From: an uncultured Syntrophaceae bacterium
GTDB taxonomy: Bacteria; Desulfobacterota; Syntrophia; Syntrophales; UBA8958
Length of the DNA: 64,000 nt
NCBI GenBank assembly: GCA_964645835.1
Contig: CAZYDG010000043.1
Location: 9,063 to 73,062, forward strand
Direction: 5' to 3'
Made by a program: the position numbers and the translations under genes. Below the pieces are notes generated by a model, which was given only the letters and a program-made list of their open reading frames with translations, did no database searches and was not told the DNA's origin. Positions 49,148-59,385 of the stretch are shown here, piece by piece; positions within the stretch are counted from its first letter, which is position 1, and every line of letters starts with the position of its first letter.

Positions 49148-50047
49148 ATGATGACATTATCAAAAACAACATCCATGAAAGGCATCATACTCGCGGGTGG
49201 TTCGGGCACAAGGCTTTATCCAATAACATCATCCGTATCAAAGCAGCTTCTTCCCGTTTTTGACAAACCCATGATTTACTATCCCCTGTCTATCCTGATG
49301 CTGGCCGGGATTCGGCAGATTCTCATCATATCAACGCCCCGGGATTTGCCTTTTTACAAGGAATTATTCAATGATGGCAACCACCTGGGGTTGTCAATTT
49401 CCTACGCTGAACAACCCCATCCCGGTGGTTTGGCCCAGGCGTTCATTATTGGCGACTCCTTCATCGGAAAGGACAATGTCTGTCTGGTTTTGGGAGACAA
49501 TATCTTCCATGGCTATGGCCTGTCGGCGTTGCTGGAGAAGGCGGGCGCCCTTTCAGACGGCGCCCTTGTCTTCGGTTATTGGGTGAAAGACCCGGAACGC
49601 TACGGTGTTGTGTCTTTTGATGAACAAGGGAAGGCGGAGAGTCTGGAAGAAAAACCGGCAAAGCCAAAGTCCAATTATGCCGTGGTCGGCCTTTATTTTT
49701 ATGATAACGACGTGATTGAAGTTGCGAAAAATCTTAAGCCTTCCGCCCGTGGCGAACTGGAGATTACAGATGTCAACAAGGAATATCTGAAGCGGGGCAA
49801 ACTGCAGGTCGAGATCCTGGGCCGCGGTATGGCATGGTTGGATACGGGCACCCATGAAAGCCTTCTGGAAGCGGGCAATTTCATAGCCACTATCGAACAC
49901 CGCCAAGGGCTCAAAGTCGCCTGCCTGGAAGAAATTGCCTACAGTAAGGGCTACATCACGAAGAAGCAATTGCTTGCCCTGGCAGAACCTCTGGCAAAAA
50001 ACCAATATGGTGAATACCTGATCGGTCTTGTTGAGCATAAACGATAA
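49148..50047 (+). CDS. rfbA: Glucose-1-phosphate thymidylyltransferase
   Basis: Contains [18 protein letters not shown]....[23 protein letters not shown]. The start is either 49148 or 49175. Confidence 0.92.
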   Translation: MMTLSKTTSMKGIILAGGSGTRLYPITSSVSKQLLPVFDKPMIYYPLSILMLAGIRQILIISTPRDLPFYKELFNDGNHLGLSISYAEQPHPGGLAQAFIIGDSFIGKDNVCLVLGDNIFHGYGLSALLEKAGALSDGALVFGYWVKDPERYGVVSFDEQGKAESLEEKPAKPKSNYAVVGLYFYDNDVIEVAKNLKPSARGELEITDVNKEYLKRGKLQVEILGRGMAWLDTGTHESLLEAGNFIATIEHRQGLKVACLEEIAYSKGYITKKQLLALAEPLAKNQYGEYLIGLVEHKR

Positions 50048-50054
50048 CCCTTGG

Positions 50055-51037
50055 GTGCATGTGGTAACAGTCGTCATCGTCAACTGGAATGGCCTGAAAT
50101 TTATTTCTGAATGTCTGGATGGCCTTCAGCGGCAAGCCTTCCAGCCCTTTTCAGTGATAATGGTTGACAATGCTTCCCAGGATGGGTCCGTAGATTTAGT
50201 CAAAAAAACTATCCCGATGTTCGGGTCATTGCTTTAAATACTAATGTCGGATTTGCTGCGGCCAATAATGTCGCCCTTCGGTCCGTCGAAACTCCTTATG
50301 TTGCACTTCTGAACAATGATGCCGTTCCCGATCCTCAGTGGCTGCAACGACTGGTGGATGCCTTGGAGACCCATCCCGAAGCAGGCTTTGCCGCCTCGAA
50401 GATGCTTTTTTATGACACACCGGATATCATCGATCGGGCCGGTGATGCATATACCACAGCAGGAACGGCCCTTCTAAAGGGAAGAGGATGCTCGGCTGAG
50501 GATTATAGCTGTCGCGCCTGGGTCTTTGGTGCCTGTGCGGGCGCGGCGCTATATCGGATGGCCATGCTTTGGGATACGGGGCTCTTCGAAGAAGACTTTT
50601 TCCTGCTTTATGAGGATGTGGATCTGAGTTTCCGGGCCCAACTCAAAGGATATAAATGCTTGTATGTGCCGGAGGCAAAGGTCCATCACAAGGGGAGCGG
50701 CAGTATCGTCCACGATTCGCCCATATCGGTGTACTATAGCCATCGGAACCTGGAGTGGGTTTACATCCGGAACATGCCCGGCGGGTTGATTGTCCGGTCC
50801 ATGTTTTCCCATTTTATCTATGACTTTGTTGCCTTTGTTTATTTTGTGATGAGTGGACGGGGTGTTGATTTTATGCGGGCGAAGCGTGATGCCGTGAAGG
50901 GCTTAAGGCAGGCCTGGCAGGATCGAAAGCGCATTCAGGCTGGTAAGATTGTTACCGATGAGTACATATGGAGGTTGTTGGAAAGGCCCATGCTGTTTAG
51001 TCGTTTGATGAACCGTTTCGGGATGCTGAAATTCTGA
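50055..51037 (+). pseudogene. Glycosyltransferase family 2, reading frame broken at an A7 tract
   Basis: Frame 0 (VTVVIVNWNG...VDNASQDGSVDLVKK) stops at 50235-50237. The continuation NYPDVRVIALNTNVGFAAANN...YEDVDLSFR is in the -1 frame, starting inside AAAAAAA at 50202-50208. Confidence 0.8.
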
Positions 51038-51124
51038 AATCTACCCCATCCCACCACGACTCTCCCCTTGAAAGGGAGGGAGAAAAACAGAAAGTTCTAA
51101 ACGAACAGCGTTATAGGGGAATAA

Positions 51125-52123
51125 ATGCAAGTTATTAGGTCTGTCAGTCAAAAAGTGGTATGCGGTGTTGTGATTGCCGTTTGGGTTTCATGTTTTCTCT
51201 TGGTAGGATTAGCCGGGATAAATGAAGCTGCAGCCGGAAATCAATCCCCTGCTTTAAGTGTCCAAGGCCGGATTCGTGTGTCCGGGGCGTGGGCTCTATA
51301 CCCTATGATGGTCAAATGGGCGGAAGAATTCAAGAAGGTGAACCCGAAAGTGCGGATTGACATTTCAGCGGGAGGCGCCGGCAAAGGCGTCGTCGATGCC
51401 CTTTCGGGATTGGTCGATATCGGGATGGTTTCCCGGGAGATAAGGCAGGAAGAAGCGAGACAGAAGGCATTTTATATTCCCGTGGTCAAGGATGCCGTTT
51501 TTCCCACAATCAACCAGAACAACCCTGTCCTTGCGGAACTGATGAAAAAGGGCCTCAAGAAAAAAGCCTTTGTCGATCTGTGGATCAGCGGTCGTCCTAT
51601 GACGTGGGGTGAGTTGGCCGGTGTGGTGAGTCCGCAGAAGGTCCGGGTTTATACGCGGTCCGATTCATGCGGGGCTGCTGAAACGTGGGCGAAGTATCTG
51701 GGGAAACAGCAGGAGGACCTGGGCGGTGTCGCCGTATACGGTGATCCCGGTGTTGCCGAAGCGGTCAGAAAGGATGTGTCGGGCATCGGGTTTAACAATC
51801 TCAACTATGCCTATGATATGAAAACGGGGAGGCCCGTACCGGGGATTCAGATTGTGCCCATCGACGCCAATGAAAATGGCAAGATTGATCCTTCGGAACG
51901 GCTGCGAACAAAGCAGGAGGCGATTCACGCTGTCGTTTCCGGTGTTTACCCGTCGCCGCCTGCGAGAGACCTGTATCTTGTGTCGAAGGAATCCTTTAAA
52001 GGGTCTGCCAAGGAGTTTGTCCGCTGGATTTTGACGTCTGGTCAAAAATATGTTGAAGATGTCGGCTACTTACGGATCAGTCCCGTACAGCTAAAAAGCG
52101 CACTGAACAAAATGGGGCGTTAA
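51125..52123 (+). CDS. pstS: PstS-family phosphate ABC transporter substrate-binding protein
   Basis: 332 aa with a signal/TM N-terminus. Contains SGAWALYPMM.KWAEEF.K.NP.V.I...AGGAGKG, a PBP-like-2 pattern. Confidence 0.8.
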   Translation: MQVIRSVSQKVVCGVVIAVWVSCFLLVGLAGINEAAAGNQSPALSVQGRIRVSGAWALYPMMVKWAEEFKKVNPKVRIDISAGGAGKGVVDALSGLVDIGMVSREIRQEEARQKAFYIPVVKDAVFPTINQNNPVLAELMKKGLKKKAFVDLWISGRPMTWGELAGVVSPQKVRVYTRSDSCGAAETWAKYLGKQQEDLGGVAVYGDPGVAEAVRKDVSGIGFNNLNYAYDMKTGRPVPGIQIVPIDANENGKIDPSERLRTKQEAIHAVVSGVYPSPPARDLYLVSKESFKGSAKEFVRWILTSGQKYVEDVGYLRISPVQLKSALNKMGR

Positions 52124-52138
52124 AGAGAATGCGGAGTA

Positions 52139-53059
52139 TTGGATAAGAGAAACGCAATGAACTACGGGCTTCGGAGAAGGCAGTACAAAGAATGCTTTGC
52201 CTGGTTGACGATGCGCGGAAGCGTCATCTTCGTCCATGCCCTGGCCTTTATAATCTTTATTGGTCTTGTTGTAAAATCGGAGCCGATCCTATCGCGAACA
52301 TCTCTGTCCGAATTGTTATTTTCTTCCGTCTGGCATCCTCTGAAGGGGGTTTATGGCCTGTTTCCCTTCATTATAAGCACGGTGGAAGTAACGGCCATGG
52401 CCATGGCCATTTCCATTCCCGTCTGCCTTCTCTGTGCGATCTATCTTTCGGAATATGCCGGTTGCCGGTTTCGGGAGTCGGTCTGACTCATCATCGATAT
52501 TTTGGCCGGAATCCCATCGGTGGTCTACGGCCTCTGCGGTGTCCTGGTCATCGTTCCTTTCGTAAGAATGCTGGGGGAATTTCTGGGGAAACTCACGACG
52601 GGCTATAGCCTGCTTTCGGGCGGTTTGATCCTTGCCGTGATGGTGACTCCTTTTGTCATTTCGGTGTCCGTGGAGGTCTTGCGCATGGTTCCGGATCAGG
52701 TCCGGGAGAGCGCCCTGGCCCTGGGAGCCACGAAATGGGAAACGGTCAAGCATGTGGTACTGAAAAAGGCCCGTCGAGGGCTGATCGCCGCCGTTGTGCT
52801 GGGCTTTGCCCGCGCCTTCGGCGAGACCATGGCCGTGCTTATGGTCGTGGGAAATGTGGCCGAGGTGCCGTCTTCGATCTTTGACCCGGCCTATCCCCTG
52901 CCTGCCCTTATCGCCAATAATTATGGAGAGGTTATGTCCATTCCCCTATATGATTCGGCTCTCATGTCGGCGGCCCTCATCTTGATGGTTTTGGTGGCCC
53001 TCTTCAGCCTGACGGCCCATTATACCCTTTTGACGACGGGAGGCCGATGGGAAGAATGA
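52139..53059 (+). pseudogene. pstC: pstC permease interrupted by one in-frame TGA
   Basis: The two track ORFs 52139..52486 and 52502..53059 share one frame. Read across TGA 52484-52486 they give ...[29 protein letters not shown], which is continuous PstC sequence. The start is uncertain (TTG 52139 or ATG 52157). Confidence 0.75.
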
Positions 53060-53904
53060 CTTCCAGAAAACTGGAAGAGTATCTGTTTAAATGCCTCATG
53101 GCTACGGCACTTTTTTTAGTCCTGTCGAGTCTGGTGGGAATTGTCGTCGTCGTAGCCGTCAAAGGCTTTTCCGCCATAAATCTGTCCATGATCCTTGAGA
53201 CACCCCAGGGCGGTTACTATCTCGGCAAGGAGGGGGGCATTGCCAATGCCATCGTAGGTTCCCTTTACCTTGTAGCCGGATCGATCGTGATGGCCATGAT
53301 GATCAGCCTTCCCGTCGCCCTGGCCCTGCAAAAGGACTATACGTCCAAACGCCTTGCCGATGTGACACGCCTGACGCTGGATATCCTCTGGGGCACACCC
53401 TCCATCGTTTACGGTATCTTTGGCTTTGTCGTGATGGTCTACTTCGGATTGCGGGCATCCCTTCTTGGCGGAATGATCGTCCTGACTCTTCTAATAATCC
53501 CCATCATGATCAGGGCCATGGATGAGGCCATCCGCATGGTTCCGTTCGAACTTAAAGAGATCTCTTACGGCCTTGGGGCGACAAAGATCGAAACGACGCT
53601 GACCGTGGTTCTCAGACAGGCTTTTCCCGGGATATGCACGGCCATCATCCTGGCCTTCGGTCGCGGGATCGGAGATGCCGCCTCGATCCTTTTCACCGCA
53701 GGATATACGGATGAAATTCCCACCTCTTTGCTGGATCCAGTAGCATCGCTCCCGCTTGCCGTTTTCTTTCAGGCCGGGACCGCCGTGCCGGAAGTCCAGG
53801 AACGGGCCTATGCGGCGGCCCTGATCCTGATTTTGATCATTCTGGCTGTCAACATCCTCTCCCGGCTTCTCGGGTGGCGTTTTTCGAGGCATATCGTTAG
53901 GTAG
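53047..53904 (+). CDS. pstA: Phosphate ABC transporter permease PstA
   Basis: 285 aa with 6 TM segments. EAA-like loop [23 protein letters not shown]. Confidence 0.85.
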   Translation: MGRMTSRKLEEYLFKCLMATALFLVLSSLVGIVVVVAVKGFSAINLSMILETPQGGYYLGKEGGIANAIVGSLYLVAGSIVMAMMISLPVALALQKDYTSKRLADVTRLTLDILWGTPSIVYGIFGFVVMVYFGLRASLLGGMIVLTLLIIPIMIRAMDEAIRMVPFELKEISYGLGATKIETTLTVVLRQAFPGICTAIILAFGRGIGDAASILFTAGYTDEIPTSLLDPVASLPLAVFFQAGTAVPEVQERAYAAALILILIILAVNILSRLLGWRFSRHIVR

Positions 53905-53913
53905 CCACCGCTT

Positions 53914-54756
53914 ATGTCGAACATCCATTTAAAGCAATTGACTGTTTCCTACGGAAGTCATCAGGTGATCCGGGATATTACCCTGGATTTGCCCGAACGG
54001 CGCATCATCGCCATTATCGGCCCGTCCGGGTGCGGAAAGACAACACTTCTGAAGAGCATCAACCGCCTCCTTGATCTCAACGAGGATGTCCGTGTGGAAG
54101 GTGATATCTGCATCGACGGGATGAGCATTTACAGCAACGGTACAGATGTTATCGACTTGCGAAAGAAGGTCGGCTTTTTGTCCCAAAGGCCTTATCCCCT
54201 GCCCATGTCCATCTACGACAATGTTGCCTTTGGCCCCAGGATTCATAAACTCGATGTCGACTGTACTCTTCGGCGGCTATCGGAACATGAAACATTCCAT
54301 CATACCTTTGACGAATGCCTGGCGGGAAAATCGCCGGATCGAAGAAAGGGGAAAGGCATGGCCCTCCTTGTCGAATACTATCTTCGCCTGGCGGGGCTCT
54401 GGGGGGAGGTTAAGGATAGGCTTCACGCGCCGGCATCAAAACTCTCCATTGGGCAACAGCAGCGCCTGGCCCTGGCGAGGGTTCTAGCCATCGAGCCCGA
54501 GGTGATCCTCGCCGACGAGCCGACATCGGCCCTCGATCCCATTTCGGCCAAACTTGTCGAAGCACGGTTCAAACTCCTGAAACAGGATTATACCATTATT
54601 GTGGTGACCCATATCCTTCGCCAGGCGCGCCGCCTTGCAGATTATATCGTTTTCCTGTACATGGGGGATCTGGTGGAGCACGGACCGTCGGAACAGTTCT
54701 TCGGCGATCCGCAAGATGAAAAAACCCGCGCCTATATTAGCGGAGAAATAAGCTGA
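53914..54756 (+). CDS. pstB: Phosphate ABC transporter ATP-binding protein PstB (divergent)
   Basis: Walker [17 protein letters not shown], a LSIGQQQRL signature, and Walker B ILADEP. Carries an insertion of about 30 aa relative to E. coli PstB (from memory). Confidence 0.8.
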   Translation: MSNIHLKQLTVSYGSHQVIRDITLDLPERRIIAIIGPSGCGKTTLLKSINRLLDLNEDVRVEGDICIDGMSIYSNGTDVIDLRKKVGFLSQRPYPLPMSIYDNVAFGPRIHKLDVDCTLRRLSEHETFHHTFDECLAGKSPDRRKGKGMALLVEYYLRLAGLWGEVKDRLHAPASKLSIGQQQRLALARVLAIEPEVILADEPTSALDPISAKLVEARFKLLKQDYTIIVVTHILRQARRLADYIVFLYMGDLVEHGPSEQFFGDPQDEKTRAYISGEIS

Positions 54757-54757
54757 C

Positions 54758-55681
54758 ATGAGTTCTTTTTCCATATCGTTTTTGAGACAACTCGAATCGG
54801 AATCCATTCACATCATGCGGGAAGTGGCGGGAGAGTTTAAGAATCCCGTCATGCTCTATTCCGTAGGCAAGGATTCCAGCGTCATGGTGCGTCTTGCCCA
54901 GAAGGCCTTCTATCCGGGGAAATTTCCTTTTCCCCTCATGCATATAGATACGGGTTATAAATTTCCCGAGATGTACGACTTTCGGGAGGCCTTTTGCCGC
55001 CAGATCGGTGCTGAATTGATCGTCGAGCGAAACGAGGATTGGATCGCCCAAGGCTGCCACCCGGCCCATATGGGAGTCGATAAGTGTTGCAGTTATCTCA
55101 AAACGGGGGCCCTGGTTGAATCTTTACGCAGGCATGGTTTCGACGCGGCGTTCGGCGGGGCAAGGCGGGAAGAGGAGAAATCACGCGCCAAGGAACGAGT
55201 TTTTTCACTGAGAGATGCTTTTGGTCAATGGGACCCGAAAAACCAGCGACCAGAGCTCTGGGATCTCTACAACACACGGATCAACGAGGGTGAGACGGTG
55301 CGCGTTTTCCCCTTGAGCAACTGGACGGAACAGGATATCTGGCAGTACATCAAACTGGAGAATATCCCCATCGTACCCATCTATTATGCACGTGAACGGG
55401 ATGTGATCGTTCGTAACGGTATTTTGATCCCCCGTTCGCTTTCTTCCGTAGCCGGTCCAGGCGGTGATATCGTGGGTGAAGAAAGAATCGAACGCGTCAT
55501 GTGCCGTTTCCGAAGCTTGGGCTGCATTCCCTGTACAGGAGCCATCGCCTCCAATGCGACGACTATCGACGAGATTATCGGGGAAGTGCGGTCTGCAACG
55601 AAGTCGGAACGGGAAAACCGCGTAATTGACCTGACGAGCGACAGTTCGATGGAGCAGAAAAAGAAAGAGGGGTATTTCTGA
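54758..55681 (+). CDS. cysD: Sulfate adenylyltransferase subunit 2
   Basis: 307 aa. Contains [12 protein letters not shown]...NPVMLYS.GKDSSVM..LA.KAF. Confidence 0.93.
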   Translation: MSSFSISFLRQLESESIHIMREVAGEFKNPVMLYSVGKDSSVMVRLAQKAFYPGKFPFPLMHIDTGYKFPEMYDFREAFCRQIGAELIVERNEDWIAQGCHPAHMGVDKCCSYLKTGALVESLRRHGFDAAFGGARREEEKSRAKERVFSLRDAFGQWDPKNQRPELWDLYNTRINEGETVRVFPLSNWTEQDIWQYIKLENIPIVPIYYARERDVIVRNGILIPRSLSSVAGPGGDIVGEERIERVMCRFRSLGCIPCTGAIASNATTIDEIIGEVRSATKSERENRVIDLTSDSSMEQKKKEGYF

Positions 55682-57594
55682 TGCTATACGGCGAAAAATC
55701 CCTCCTGCGCTTCACGACGACAGGCAGTGTCGATGACGGGAAATCGACGCTTATCGGCCGGCTCCTCTACGAGACGAAATCCATCTATGAGGACCAGTAC
55801 GCGGCTATAGAGAAGACGTCCAAGCGTAAAGGATACAAGGATGTTGATCTGGCCTATCTCCTCGACGGTCTGGCGGCTGAAAGGGAGCAGGGCATCACGA
55901 TCGATGTGGCCCACCGGTATTTTGAGACGCCGAAGCGAAAGTTCATCATCACAGACACGCCCGGCCATGTTCAATATACGCGAAACATGGTGACGGGGGC
56001 ATCCAACGCCGATTGCGCCATCATTCTTATTGACGCCCGAAACGGTGTGCTGACCCAGTCCAAACGGCACGGATTTATTATTTCCCTGTTGCAGATTCCA
56101 CATCTGATCGTGGCTGTCAACAAGATGGACCTTGTCGATTACAATGAGGACGTCTTTGCCCGTATCGTCGGAGAATACGAAAATTATTCACAGAAGCTTG
56201 ATATTGACGATATCGTCTTTATCCCCGTCTCAGCCCTGAAGGGTGACAACGTTGTGGAAAAGAGCGGCAAGATGGCCTGGTACGACGGCCCGACACTCCT
56301 CCATTATCTGGAGAACATCCATATTTCCGCCAATCGGAACCTGGTGGATTTCCGTTTTCCCGTTCAGTACGTCATCCGGCCCCATCTCAATTTTCGGGGA
56401 TTTGCCGGAAAGATTGCGTCCGGTACAATCATGCCGGGAGAAGAAATCACCGTTTTGCCTTCTGGAAAATCAGCCACAGTTAAGGCAATCACTACTTACG
56501 ACGGCCTGCTGTCCGAAGCCTTTGCCCCCCAGTCTGTGGTCTTGTCGTTGAATGAAGAGATTGATGTCAGCCGTGGAGACATGATCGTCAGGAAAAAGAA
56601 TCTTCCTCATGCAGGGAACCGGCTGGAAGCAATCATCTGCTGGATGGACGAAGCGGCGTCCAACATGACGACGCCGTACATCATGAAACACACAACACGG
56701 TATGTGAAGGCATATATCAGCAAAATCATCTACAAAATTGATGTCAACACCCTCCATCGGGAACAGGCGGACTCCTTCGATCTCAACGAGATCGGGCGGG
56801 TGGAAATCAGCACCGCAAACTCTGTTTTTTTTGATCCCTATAAAATCAATCGCGCGACGGGAAGCTTCATCCTGATCGATCCAGTGACAAACAATACCGT
56901 TGCGGGAGGCATGATCCGGGGAGTTCCCAGGTCGATCAGCGACGTCCCCGGTGAAAGAGCCGAAGACGACGGGAGCGGGGTAAAATCTCCCCATATTGTT
57001 TGGCATGGATTGAACATCCCCCGAGAGCAAAGAGAAGCTCGAAACAATCACAAGGCTGCCGTCTTATGGTTAACGGGATATTCCGGGTCTGGTAAAACGA
57101 CCATTTCCAAGTGTTTGGAACAAAAACTTTTTGAGCTCGGGTGCCGGACAATGCTCCTGGATGGAGATCATTTAAGGCATGGTCTTTGCGGCGATCTCGG
57201 CTTTTCCGAGGAGGCCCGCCGGGAGAATATCCGCCGGGCGGGGGAAGTGGCCCGGCTGTTTTTTGAGTCGGGTGATGTGGTGATCTGTACCTTTATTTCA
57301 CCATTTATGAGGGACCGGCAGAGGGTTCGATCTCTTCTCCCTCCCTTGCGGTTTTATGAAATCTATGTCAAATGCGATCTCAATGTATGCAAAAGGCGCG
57401 ATCCCCACGGACTGTATCAAAAGGCCATAGCCGGGGAAATCGGCGAATTTACCGGTATCAGCTCTCCCTACGAAGAACCGCTGCATCCCGAGATGGTTGT
57501 TGAGACGGATATCCAAAGCGTTGAACAGATTGTCGACGCTATCCTTGAAAGGCTCTACGAGGATGCAGTGGTCAAGAACCCAAATATTTTTTGA
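55681..57594 (+). CDS. cysNC: Bifunctional sulfate adenylyltransferase subunit 1 / adenylylsulfate kinase
   Basis: 637 aa. GTPase motifs GSVDDGKSTLIGRLL, DTPGH and NKMD. The C-terminal APS-kinase P-loop is LTGYSGSGKTT. The ATG overlaps the cysD stop. Confidence 0.93.
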   Translation: MLYGEKSLLRFTTTGSVDDGKSTLIGRLLYETKSIYEDQYAAIEKTSKRKGYKDVDLAYLLDGLAAEREQGITIDVAHRYFETPKRKFIITDTPGHVQYTRNMVTGASNADCAIILIDARNGVLTQSKRHGFIISLLQIPHLIVAVNKMDLVDYNEDVFARIVGEYENYSQKLDIDDIVFIPVSALKGDNVVEKSGKMAWYDGPTLLHYLENIHISANRNLVDFRFPVQYVIRPHLNFRGFAGKIASGTIMPGEEITVLPSGKSATVKAITTYDGLLSEAFAPQSVVLSLNEEIDVSRGDMIVRKKNLPHAGNRLEAIICWMDEAASNMTTPYIMKHTTRYVKAYISKIIYKIDVNTLHREQADSFDLNEIGRVEISTANSVFFDPYKINRATGSFILIDPVTNNTVAGGMIRGVPRSISDVPGERAEDDGSGVKSPHIVWHGLNIPREQREARNNHKAAVLWLTGYSGSGKTTISKCLEQKLFELGCRTMLLDGDHLRHGLCGDLGFSEEARRENIRRAGEVARLFFESGDVVICTFISPFMRDRQRVRSLLPPLRFYEIYVKCDLNVCKRRDPHGLYQKAIAGEIGEFTGISSPYEEPLHPEMVVETDIQSVEQIVDAILERLYEDAVVKNPNIF

Positions 57595-57605
57595 AAGGCG
57601 ATCCC

Positions 57606-58160
57606 ATGAGGCATGAAAAGATCATCGATTTGAAACAGCAACTCATCGATTTGTTCGATCGGGAAGAGATACTGGCATTCTTCGATTTTCAATTGGCGAT
57701 ACGCTCCAATGAGAATATCCAGGGGCTTTGCAAGATTTCGGAACCCAAAAAGGGTCAGGCCGCATCCTATTATTTGTCTCTTCTGTTTATTATTGACACG
57801 ACAGATGATGCGATCGAAGGTCTTGTTGATGCCCATATTAAGGCCACGTCATGGGTAGATTTTAAACACTTCGTGAAGGGTGTCAACATGGTCGTGCCCC
57901 TGCCGCATGTACGTAACGAGACGCGGCATTGCCTCAAGGAGGTGGAAATATACTTCGATGGGAATACTCGCATAACAAGGCCGTATATCGCCCATGAGCT
58001 TTATCCTGCGATTTTGAGGGTTTTTCGTTGCATCGGCGGCGAGCTGGTCTTTTGGGAAGAGTTATCTTCGGAAAAGAAGCAATTGAAGATCGATCCGGGG
58101 CACCATGAAGGGAATCGCTCGTTAATCGATATGGTGGTCGATTATTTCAAGGGAGAGTGA
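57606..58160 (+). CDS. Hypothetical protein (no recognisable family)
   Basis: About 184 aa, starting 12 nt after the cysNC stop. No motif I can identify. Codon and composition look coding. Confidence 0.4.
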   Translation: MRHEKIIDLKQQLIDLFDREEILAFFDFQLAIRSNENIQGLCKISEPKKGQAASYYLSLLFIIDTTDDAIEGLVDAHIKATSWVDFKHFVKGVNMVVPLPHVRNETRHCLKEVEIYFDGNTRITRPYIAHELYPAILRVFRCIGGELVFWEELSSEKKQLKIDPGHHEGNRSLIDMVVDYFKGE

Positions 58161-58197
58161 ACAGAACATCATCAATGCATGAGGCTTACTATAGCCC

Positions 58198-59346
58198 GTG
58201 AAAATCTTGAATGTGAACATGTCCCTCGACCCTGTCGCAGGCGCCGGGACAGCCGAACGGACCTTTCAGATGAGCCGTTATCTGGCACGGGCCGGTATGG
58301 ATTGCACAATCTTGACGATGGATGCGGGCATGACCCTCAAACATCGACAATCCCTGGACCCTGTCCTGGTGGTGGCTTTGCCGGTTTTATCCCGGCGTTT
58401 TTATATACCCATGGCGAGGTATGGTGCCATCATGGAACTAGTTGGCGAGATGGACATCATCCACCTGATGAACCACTGGACAATGCTCAATGCCCTGGTG
58501 TATCGGGCGGCGCGGCGCCTGGGAAAACCTTATGTGGTCTGTCCTGCGGGATCGCTACCGATTTTCGGCCGTTCCCGCAAGATTAAGAAATTGTACAATC
58601 TGATTGTGGGGGATGCGATCATTCGTCTGGCAAGCGGCCATATTGCCATAACGGCTGACGAAAAAACTCATTTCAGTGACTACGGAATATCACCCGATTG
58701 CGTATCGATCATCCCCAATGGGATTGATGAAGAGACCGGCCGGGAAGGTGATCCCGGCGCTTTTCGCCAGGCTGCCGGTCTGGGGCAGGCGCCGTTCATC
58801 CTGTTCATGGGTAGGCTTAATGCCATCAAGGGGCCTGATCTGTTGCTGCAAGCCTTCGGCCTTAACCGTGATCTCATGGGAGATGTTCATCTCGTTTTTG
58901 CCGGACCCGATGAAGGACTGCTGCCGGAATTGAAGCGCATGACCCATGAATACGGCCTTTCCGACCGGGTCCATTTTCCTGGTTATCTTGGTGGCCGGGA
59001 CAAGATCGGGGCTTATCAGGCGGCATCCATCCTGGCCGTGCCGTCCCGGCAGGAGGCCATGTCCATCGTTGCCCTAGAGGCGGGTATCAACGGGGTCCCC
59101 GTTTTGTTGACCGACCGTTGCGGTTTTGGCGAGGTCGAACGTTTCGGCGGCGGTATGGTTGTTCCAGCCTCCGCGGAGGGATTGCAGGCAGGGCTTCTGA
59201 ACATGATGAACCTTGATCCTATAAAGCGAAAGGGCATGGGGGAGGCCCTGAAAACCTATGTAAAAGATCACTATTTATGGGACAGCATCGTCCATAGTTA
59301 TGTTGCGCTCTATCGCCGCATTCTTTCGGAAAAAGCGCTGCAGTGA
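58198..59346 (+). CDS. Glycosyltransferase family 4
   Basis: 382 aa, GTG start. N-terminus MKILNVNMSLDPVAGAG. C-terminus PSRQEAMSIVALEAGINGVPVLLTD. Confidence 0.85.
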   Translation: MKILNVNMSLDPVAGAGTAERTFQMSRYLARAGMDCTILTMDAGMTLKHRQSLDPVLVVALPVLSRRFYIPMARYGAIMELVGEMDIIHLMNHWTMLNALVYRAARRLGKPYVVCPAGSLPIFGRSRKIKKLYNLIVGDAIIRLASGHIAITADEKTHFSDYGISPDCVSIIPNGIDEETGREGDPGAFRQAAGLGQAPFILFMGRLNAIKGPDLLLQAFGLNRDLMGDVHLVFAGPDEGLLPELKRMTHEYGLSDRVHFPGYLGGRDKIGAYQAASILAVPSRQEAMSIVALEAGINGVPVLLTDRCGFGEVERFGGGMVVPASAEGLQAGLLNMMNLDPIKRKGMGEALKTYVKDHYLWDSIVHSYVALYRRILSEKALQ

Positions 59347-59385
59347 ACATATGACAAAAAATCACAAAAGCGGAAAGAAGACAAC

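Noticed and set aside
52484-52486. In-frame TGA in pstC as selenocysteine, or as TGA=Gly recoding (genetic code 25)
   Set aside because: Many genes in this window, for example cysD, cysNC, pstC and gspM-like, terminate normally at TGA. No SECIS-like hairpin is obvious just downstream, and the aligned residue is not a redox Cys. A mutation, sequencing error or read-through is more parsimonious.
51125-57594. Idea that the pst-like transporter is really a sulfate importer because it precedes cysD-cysNC
   Set aside because: The binding protein and permeases carry PstS/PstC/PstA-type sequence features, not Sbp/CysTW ones. Adjacency alone is insufficient, so I kept it annotated as a phosphate transporter.
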